A stretch of DNA of 14,190 nt, from the NCBI GenBank assembly GCA_937899865.1, contig CALBRH010000029.1:1-14190 (forward strand). The letters are read 5' to 3'. A program made the position numbers and the translations under genes. The notes below the pieces were generated by a model. The model was not told the DNA's origin, made no database searches, and saw nothing but the letters and a program-made list of their open reading frames with translations. Position 1 is the stretch's first letter. Every line of letters begins with the position of its first letter. Shown here in pieces: positions 7,291 to 13,810 of the stretch. Origin of the DNA: an uncultured euryarchaeote. GTDB lineage: Archaea; Thermoplasmatota; Poseidoniia; Poseidoniales; Poseidoniaceae.

Positions 7291-8358
7291 ATGAACATGA
7301 TAGGCGCATGTTGGATGAGGCGCTCTCTTGGAGAGCCGATTTCCGCGCTATTGATTGATTCATATCATAACGTAATTGCCGGCGGATGGAATGGCCAGTT
7401 AACTAAATGGACAGCCGAAGGAGATGAATTATGGAGTGTAAAGTTGCCTGATAGGATAGGAAGTATTGCCTTTCATGATGTAGGAGTGTATGTGACTGCA
7501 GGATTACATTTAGTTGCAATAAATAACGAAAACGGTGAGATTTTTTGGCAACAAGTATTGGAAGGAAGTGCAGATCAAGTAGTTATTTTTCAAGGTTTGA
7601 TTTATGCAACATCTTCAGTATATGATATTGAGCATAATGATTTTATTGATTCTGCAGTTTGGTGCTTTGATGTTGAGGGTCAGAAGGTTTGGGACACTCA
7701 TATGGATGAACGGCCATGGACAATAATTGCTACTGAAGATGCATTGATGATTGGTTTGGGTAGGCCAAAGATGGGGGCAGCAACAATTTCACAAAACGGT
7801 GAAGTGACACATATTGAACTTGACTCAGAGTCGCCAGTTACTACAGGAATAAATTCTGTAAATGGCGTATTATTTGGCCATGCCAATGGTGATTTAACCA
7901 CTACAACCGGCAAGATATTTTCAGGAAACAATCAATCTTTGAATGCAATTTGTGTTAGCGATAGAGGTGCGATAACTCTTGGTTGTAATAATTATATAAC
8001 TCACCTAAATCCAGTATTTGAGCAAGTTTGGCAGGTTCAGCCAGAATCAATAACAGCCTTTTCAAATGGTATTGTAGTAGAGGGCTGCGCAACAGTATGG
8101 GTGGGCTGCCAGGATAATCTCAATGGATTGCTGAAGGTTTTATCACAAGATGATGGTAGTGAGATATCTTCGATGAATTGCGGGAAAATAAATTCAATAG
8201 TGTCAAATGGAAAACGAATAGTTGTAGGAGATGATAAAGGAGAATTGTTCGTTTGGGAAGATGATTTGTTTAACCGACGACTAAATTCAACCAATGAAGA
8301 GGAAGACGAGAGTCGACGCTCTATGCGAGATCGGCTTAAGGCTCTACGTAAGCGTTAG
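7291..8358 (+). CDS. WD40/PQQ-like beta-propeller protein
   Basis: Repeated blade motifs (AGGWNGQLTKWTAEGDELWSVKL, LVAINNENGEIFWQ, VWCFDVEGQKVWD, VVGDDKGELFVW). The ORF track starts at TTG 7270. I prefer ATG 7291 because it has the GTTC-ATG context and TATTATCA at -31..-24; 7297 and 7315 are alternatives. Confidence 0.75.
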   Translation: MNMIGACWMRRSLGEPISALLIDSYHNVIAGGWNGQLTKWTAEGDELWSVKLPDRIGSIAFHDVGVYVTAGLHLVAINNENGEIFWQQVLEGSADQVVIFQGLIYATSSVYDIEHNDFIDSAVWCFDVEGQKVWDTHMDERPWTIIATEDALMIGLGRPKMGAATISQNGEVTHIELDSESPVTTGINSVNGVLFGHANGDLTTTTGKIFSGNNQSLNAICVSDRGAITLGCNNYITHLNPVFEQVWQVQPESITAFSNGIVVEGCATVWVGCQDNLNGLLKVLSQDDGSEISSMNCGKINSIVSNGKRIVVGDDKGELFVWEDDLFNRRLNSTNEEEDESRRSMRDRLKALRKR

Positions 8359-9085
8359 TTGCCACTTGTTGTTCCAAGCCAATAATCTGCAAAATCTTCA
8401 ACATCCAATCTAATTTTTCCATTTTTCTTTCTGGGTTTGTTTGACCAGACCATTTCCCAATCTCTGTTGTAGAAAATCCTAATAGTGTAATTTTATTGAT
8501 TGGAACTCCTAAATTGATCGCCAAACAAACCGCCCTATCGCCGTCGGTAAAGCCACCAAAATTGTGCACCCCATCAATTGATTCAGTTACTTGATGAGTT
8601 AAAATTAGATTAGGTGGAGATTCTAAGCAACTCCACCTGTCCAAGGACTTGCGCCATCTTTTTGTGTTATCACCATGAGCATGAGCAACAAAAGTTACAC
8701 CTTCTTTAGCAACTTTGTCAAGGTGAGGGTTGCCATCAAAATCAGTAACGACACAAGCAAGATTTACCATCCCAACAACACCGCCAACAGAACCATCGGC
8801 GGCAATAACAATACTATTTTCAAAATCGAAATTAGCAAAATCATTCTCTTTAACCGATGCACCAACAATGACTACCTTTGATGCTGCAAGCAATTTTTCT
8901 TTCAAAGCAGCTAAATTTGCTTGGCGGTTTTTTGGTGACCAGTTTGTGATGTTAAATGGGGCTGAAGAATTGAATGCTTGACTTATGGAAGTCGCACTTA
9001 GAAAATCATCTTGATAATCCCAACCAAAATAGTCTCTAACTTTATTTTGGATTTCCACCAACTCAGCAAAGATGTTATCGGCCAC
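8336..9085 (-). CDS. mptE: 6-hydroxymethyl-7,8-dihydropterin pyrophosphokinase (MptE, DUF115/COG1634 family)
   Basis: GTG start. Family motifs: VVIVGA, IAADG, VVTDFDG, VAHAHGDN, NFGGFTDGDRAV, ITLLGF. Confidence 0.88.
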   Translation of the reverse strand: MADNIFAELVEIQNKVRDYFGWDYQDDFLSATSISQAFNSSAPFNITNWSPKNRQANLAALKEKLLAASKVVIVGASVKENDFANFDFENSIVIAADGSVGGVVGMVNLACVVTDFDGNPHLDKVAKEGVTFVAHAHGDNTKRWRKSLDRWSCLESPPNLILTHQVTESIDGVHNFGGFTDGDRAVCLAINLGVPINKITLLGFSTTEIGKWSGQTNPERKMEKLDWMLKILQIIGLEQQVATNAYVEP

Positions 9086-9161
9086 ATCTGACCCAAACCA
9101 ATCTCACAAATGAAATATTATCATCGTGAAATTGATATGACTCTTAGATTGTGGAAGACTC

Positions 9162-10424
9162 ATGCCGACTCCAAAAGTCGCCCCTCCTATAGATAACGAG
9201 GTGACTTTAGCAAGATATCCATTCCTGCCTCAAGCAACCGAATGGATTCAGGGCTTGGCTATGGCGCATGACATAGATTTGGATGAATTACTTGACGGAG
9301 AGTGGATGGAGAAGGCTCGTTCAAGAGCAAGAATCCGTTTAATCGATTCTATTGAATCAAAGGATGGAGTTGCCGTGGTCGGCGGCGATATCTTTACTGA
9401 AGAGGGCCGCATTGTCGAAGCATTTTCTTTTTATTATGCACGGTTAGTCGTATTTGCATCAGAAGATGAACGCTTAATTTCACGTTGGGCACAAGCTGAA
9501 GCGACACGAGCAGAACAGGTATTGACTAGAGATAGTGATAATTTAGAAATTATAGCAAAAACTTTCATTTCAGATATTGAGAAAGATATTGATCTATCTC
9601 AACCAACCCAGCCAGTTAGTACGGCGAATGCTCGAAAATTACGTCATAGTCAAGATGGTAATTTATGGAAGATTGGGATGCCGGATTTTATCGAAATTTG
9701 CCCCAAAATAACCGGAGCAAGATGGCGATTGGCCAATTCACAAATCAATAAGGGCAAGATTACTTTGTATAATGAGCAACAGTATTCATCATCAGCGAAG
9801 TTAGCAAGATTACTTCGAGAACGCATCAAGCAACACATCGAGCAAGAAGCATTACAAAAAATGCAGAATATCGATATGGATTTAGCGTTAAGATTGGCAG
9901 AACCAGTTGGAATGGTTAGAAATTTATTGGCTAGTAAAGCAAGCGAAGCCATAACATTAGTCGGTGCAGAAGAATCAGATTGGCCGCCATGCATGAGAAA
10001 AATTATTGCTGATTTGGCTAATGGAGTAAATGTAAACCATTTTGGTAGAGTATTTTTAGCATCGATTTCCGCAACACTAGCATTGCCAGAAGAGTCATGT
10101 ATTGGATTTTTTAGAGGGGCACCAGATTTCAACGAATCCACCACTACATACCAAGTAAAACATGTCTACAGTGGAGAATATACTCCCGCATCGTGTGGAA
10201 AACTCAAAGTCAATCACAACTGTCCAGTTTTACCAGGCGATGACAGATTGTGTGATATTTCATGGATGGATCACCCATTAAAATATATTCGAGCAACCCA
10301 ACGCTGGAAAGCAAAAAACCAACAGGTAGAAGCAAATATTCGCCAAGATGATGTGCCCTTGGGCAATGAAAATCAAGAGAGTAATGAATTAGAAAAATCA
10401 CCTGAGAAATCATCCGATGAATGA
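9162..10424 (+). CDS. priL: DNA primase large subunit
   Basis: N-terminal RYPFLPQA. C-terminal Fe-S domain with four Cys ligands: WPPCM, NHFGRVFLAS, F-APDFNESTTTYQVKHV, YTPASC, NCP, DRLC, HPL-Y. Confidence 0.93.
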   Translation: MPTPKVAPPIDNEVTLARYPFLPQATEWIQGLAMAHDIDLDELLDGEWMEKARSRARIRLIDSIESKDGVAVVGGDIFTEEGRIVEAFSFYYARLVVFASEDERLISRWAQAEATRAEQVLTRDSDNLEIIAKTFISDIEKDIDLSQPTQPVSTANARKLRHSQDGNLWKIGMPDFIEICPKITGARWRLANSQINKGKITLYNEQQYSSSAKLARLLRERIKQHIEQEALQKMQNIDMDLALRLAEPVGMVRNLLASKASEAITLVGAEESDWPPCMRKIIADLANGVNVNHFGRVFLASISATLALPEESCIGFFRGAPDFNESTTTYQVKHVYSGEYTPASCGKLKVNHNCPVLPGDDRLCDISWMDHPLKYIRATQRWKAKNQQVEANIRQDDVPLGNENQESNELEKSPEKSSDE

Positions 10425-10487
10425 ATAATTCGCGCGAAGGATTTGAAATGTAGGACATACTAGCATATACAACCAACGGTGCTTATT

Positions 10488-11606
10488 ATGACCAGAACTC
10501 TAGTTTTGACCGTAGACCGAGATAACGATCTCGGGATTAAAACGGCAATTAGAGGCCCTGTAGTAGGTCGCAGGCAAGTGCTTACTGCCGCGTTGAAACT
10601 TGGTATTGCAGATCCAGAAGAAAGTGATACCAATGCGATTTTAGGCGCTCTTTCTCAACACGATAATCTATCAGAATCACTTGGCGATGACGATGAAGTT
10701 GAGATTGCAATTCTTACTGGCGATGAGAAAGTTGGCATAAGGTCCGACCGTGCAATTGCAGCCCAATTAGAAGAAATTGTTACAACCTTTCAACCAGATA
10801 AAGCAATCTTGGTCACCGATGGCGCAGAAGATGAATCTGTTTTACCAATTATACAATCACAGGTAAGAATAGACCATGTCGAGAAAATAATCGTCAAACA
10901 ATCAAAAGGTATCGAAGGCACGTATTATTACATTGTCAAGGCGCTTGAAGACCCTAAGTGGCGAGCAAAAATCATGATTCCATTTGGGTTGGTATTAGCA
11001 ATCTTAGGATTAGGAATTATGTTGCCAGCAGAAATAGGTGGCATAGTTATTGGAGCATTACCATTGGTTACTGGGTTGTATATATTTAGTAAAGGTGCAG
11101 GAATTGAGACCACTGTTAATCGAGTAATTCAAGAAATGAGAGACAACGCTGATGCAGCCATGTTCTCGTCTTTGCTGTGGACAGCAACTGTATTTAGTGC
11201 AATATTTGCAGTTGCAGAAGGCTATCAAGAATATACTCTATTGGTTGCCGATAGCAGCACCTCAGTACTTTGGTTGGAAGTAACTCACGCAGCATTGGCA
11301 TGGATTGTTATTGCATTCTTGACTTCGACTGCAGGATTCATGTTTCTTAGACTTAGAAGAGGTTCGTTCTCTGGGCGTTTAATCGTACTCAGTATTTTTG
11401 GTATGGTAGTATACTCTTTTGTTGACTCAGCTTTACAAATCTCTACCAATGTGCTAAATGGCCAATCATACGAGTTTAGTGTCGATCAAATTCTTGCTGA
11501 CTTATTCTATCCAATTATATGGGTTGTAGTGCTTTGGATGGCAACTACGATAAAGAACTCATTACAAGCCAAACAGGCCCAATCTGAGAGATATTGGGGA
11601 ATTTGA
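10488..11606 (+). CDS. DUF373 family archaeal membrane protein
   Basis: Signature N-terminus RTLVLTVDRDNDLG...GPVVGR...ADPEESDTNA, then VTDGAEDE and VKQSKGIEGTYY, followed by multiple TM helices. The ORF track starts at GTG 10479; ATG 10488 is used here. Confidence 0.88.
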   Translation: MTRTLVLTVDRDNDLGIKTAIRGPVVGRRQVLTAALKLGIADPEESDTNAILGALSQHDNLSESLGDDDEVEIAILTGDEKVGIRSDRAIAAQLEEIVTTFQPDKAILVTDGAEDESVLPIIQSQVRIDHVEKIIVKQSKGIEGTYYYIVKALEDPKWRAKIMIPFGLVLAILGLGIMLPAEIGGIVIGALPLVTGLYIFSKGAGIETTVNRVIQEMRDNADAAMFSSLLWTATVFSAIFAVAEGYQEYTLLVADSSTSVLWLEVTHAALAWIVIAFLTSTAGFMFLRLRRGSFSGRLIVLSIFGMVVYSFVDSALQISTNVLNGQSYEFSVDQILADLFYPIIWVVVLWMATTIKNSLQAKQAQSERYWGI

Positions 11607-12089
11607 TTAGAGAATAAATCTCGGCAAATGTTTGGCCATTGTGTTATATCCAACAACGCCAACCAATACCCCATCAGAATTTACAACCGCAATTTGATTG
11701 AGGTCATGAGTTAGCATTAATGCTCCCGCTTTTAGTAGAGGAGTATTTGTTTTTACTGTTAGAGGAGGCAGATTGATCAATTGCTTTGCAGACACACTTA
11801 ACATCCATGCAACAGAACGCTCAACATTTTTCTTTGCTACGATTTTTAACATATCAACAGCATGGATTCTACCCATTGGTACACCTTCTTTATTGACCAC
11901 GAACACATGGTCCCAATCGTTTTGGGTTAAATCGTCCAAAACATCAGCCATTGTATCGCTACCAAAAACCCAATTAGCATTTGTCATAGTTTCTCTACAA
12001 GTGATATTGCGAACGAGTTTAGATCGCTCTTGCGGAGATAAATTTTCTTGTTTATTGCGCGAAGATTTTTTCATTTTAGATCTACTCAT
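11607..12089 (-). CDS. Stand-alone CBS-domain pair protein
   Basis: Two CBS repeats (VFVVNKEGVPMGRIHAVDML; LTVKTNTPLLKAGALMLTHDLNQIAVVNSDGVLVGVV). The start is uncertain: ATG 12089 versus TTG 12104. Confidence 0.85.
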   Translation of the reverse strand: MSRSKMKKSSRNKQENLSPQERSKLVRNITCRETMTNANWVFGSDTMADVLDDLTQNDWDHVFVVNKEGVPMGRIHAVDMLKIVAKKNVERSVAWMLSVSAKQLINLPPLTVKTNTPLLKAGALMLTHDLNQIAVVNSDGVLVGVVGYNTMAKHLPRFIL

Positions 12090-12193
12090 CCTTGGGTCCC
12101 TCAAACCAACGCCGAACCCTGTTATTTTTCAAGTCTTGCAATATATATATCATATTTTAGCCGGCTTTTTTTGGCAAGACACGATAATCAAAC

Positions 12194-12222
12194 AATCTAA
12201 ACTATCTAAAACGGTTTAGATT
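12194..12222. repeat. 9-bp perfect inverted repeat, operator-like
   Basis: AATCTAAAC (12194-12202) - 11 nt - GTTTAGATT (12214-12222), ending 10 nt before ATG 12233. The spacer contains a third ATCTAAA half-site (12204-12210). Confidence 0.6.
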
Positions 12223-12232
12223 TGGCAAAACC

Positions 12233-12616
12233 ATGACGATTATTTCGCCAGACGAGTATACTTTGCTGATGAGCCTGTCCGGTAATGAGCAGAATTTACA
12301 GGCGGCAAATATTGGCAAAAAGTACGGCCTTGGTGCTGGGCAAATTTTGAACATGTTACCTAATCAAGCCAAATCATCAGCATCACAATCAAGTGAAATA
12401 GTCAACAATAACCAATCTATTGTTGACACAAATATTCCCGTTCAAAACCGTCACCGTTTCGAATATGACCCAAGTCCCGATGCATCAGAGAGGCGACAAC
12501 AAGTTAGTCAAGCGATAAATTGTCCAAGTTGCGGAGCAGCGCTCGGAATTCCCGCAATTAGGCCAATAAAGGTGACCTGTCCGCAATGCCTTGAAGAGCA
12601 TACATTTCTATCATGA
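12233..12616 (+). CDS. Hypothetical protein with a C-terminal CxxC...CxxC zinc ribbon
   Basis: 127 aa. CPSC (12521) and CPQC (12578) are separated by 15 residues. A low-complexity S/N/Q linker precedes the ribbon. Confidence 0.7.
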   Translation: MTIISPDEYTLLMSLSGNEQNLQAANIGKKYGLGAGQILNMLPNQAKSSASQSSEIVNNNQSIVDTNIPVQNRHRFEYDPSPDASERRQQVSQAINCPSCGAALGIPAIRPIKVTCPQCLEEHTFLS

Positions 12617-12647
12617 GCGGCGCTTTGAAGAACATTGACTAGTAGGG

Positions 12648-13463
12648 ATGATTATGGAGAAAATGAATGCTACATATTGGCAATACTCTCCACCAAATTC
12701 ACCCCACCCTCTACCTAAATCTCCATTTGTTTGTACTAATTCAGAAATCTTGCCGCTGGAATTTAATTTGAATTCAACGAGTGAGATTCAAATTGATGAA
12801 TTAAAGAAAACAGTATCACAAGCTAAACTCGAAGAGGTAAGCCTTGAACATTTTTTGGCTACAAATTCAGCACCTAGCATGAATGATAGAATGCCAATTC
12901 TTCTACTTGGCGAATTGGCAAATCCCTTCCAGTTATCTAAATTAAAATTAGGAATAATTCCAGTAATCAAAGTTAGACTCAATGGCCTTTGTCGCACTTA
13001 TGCTGATGGCTTAGACCCTAGAATGATAAGACCGGGAATCCACCATATAACTTTAGCAAGATCTGCTGGTTGGTGGGAAGCAACCCATCTTGCTTTTGCT
13101 ACATTGCCACAAATGAAACAAATGGTAGAGTGGTTGAACAATGGTAGGCGAGGCGAGTGGCGCCCTGTAAAGCCAAGAGAAGGCACAATTAGAGTAGAGA
13201 ATGACATCCAATTGAGACATCCAACAATTGAATCAATTTCTTGGGATGGCAAGATTGAAACTTGCATCGAAGAAGAACCAGATGCTAATGGCCCCTCATT
13301 TGATATTACCCAAGTAATGGTTCCAATTCACACAAAATATGGTTGCTATGATAGTCGTGGCAAAATAATTCGTTGTATACACGTAGGGCAGAGAGATTTT
13401 CACACCAATCTTTTCCGTCGCGGCTCGTCAATGCGTTGGCAAGATATAATCGATATCGTTTAG
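12648..13463 (+). CDS. Hypothetical protein, possible divergent gamma-glutamylcyclotransferase-like fold
   Basis: 271-aa ORF that fills the gap between its neighbours and has no TM helices. The fold guess comes from the central segment (see findings). The start could be 12648, 12654 or 12663. Confidence 0.6.
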   Translation: MIMEKMNATYWQYSPPNSPHPLPKSPFVCTNSEILPLEFNLNSTSEIQIDELKKTVSQAKLEEVSLEHFLATNSAPSMNDRMPILLLGELANPFQLSKLKLGIIPVIKVRLNGLCRTYADGLDPRMIRPGIHHITLARSAGWWEATHLAFATLPQMKQMVEWLNNGRRGEWRPVKPREGTIRVENDIQLRHPTIESISWDGKIETCIEEEPDANGPSFDITQVMVPIHTKYGCYDSRGKIIRCIHVGQRDFHTNLFRRGSSMRWQDIIDIV

Positions 13464-13491
13464 GGCTCCCGTGGACTGCCCAGTTAAGCGA

Positions 13492-13498
13492 TTATATA
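13492..13498 (+). promoter_or_regulatory. Putative archaeal TATA box of the winged-helix gene
   Basis: TTATATA at -36..-30 relative to ATG 13528, within a 64-bp intergenic gap. Confidence 0.45.
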
Positions 13499-13527
13499 CT
13501 GGTAAAGCCTATGTATAATTGATATAA

Positions 13528-13779
13528 ATGAGAGGAAAGGGTTCACAAAAAGAAGCTAGGCTAGCACGTCTAAAAGAAGAAATAATCGAATATATCACAG
13601 TAGTTCCAGATTGTTCCGCCGCTGATATTGTACATTATCTTTCAAATGAGCGAAGAATGCGTAACCATGGCCTTACGACAAGGAAAGTAGGGCTATTTAT
13701 TCCAAGATATTTATCGGATCTTGTCGGATTCAAGCTTGACAATACTACAGGAAAACGCCTTTACAGACTTGCCGCATAA
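13528..13779 (+). CDS. Small basic winged helix-turn-helix protein (DUF3860-like)
   Basis: 83 aa with 16 K/R against 9 D/E. Helix-helix-helix-hairpin pattern: LKEEIIEYI / SAADIVHYLS / MRNHGLTTRKVGLFI / GFKLDNTTGKRLYRL. Preceded by a canonical-looking TATA element. Confidence 0.7.
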   Translation: MRGKGSQKEARLARLKEEIIEYITVVPDCSAADIVHYLSNERRMRNHGLTTRKVGLFIPRYLSDLVGFKLDNTTGKRLYRLAA

Positions 13780-13810
13780 ACGGCAGATTCATTTTGAATA
13801 ACCAACTCGG

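Noticed and set aside
9650-10144. 164-aa minus-strand ORF
   Set aside because: It is antisense to the conserved part of priL and is a shadow ORF.
10421-10453. 10-codon mini-ORF (MNNSREGFEM) with an ATGA overlap on the priL stop, containing the palindrome TTCGCGCGAA (10429-10438)
   Set aside because: Too short to support. ATGA overlaps and single 10-bp palindromes arise by chance. It would only matter if conserved in relatives.
11773-12219. 148-aa plus-strand ORF spanning the CBS gene and the intergenic repeats
   Set aside because: It is mostly antisense to a clear CBS gene and has no motif or plausible upstream promoter position.
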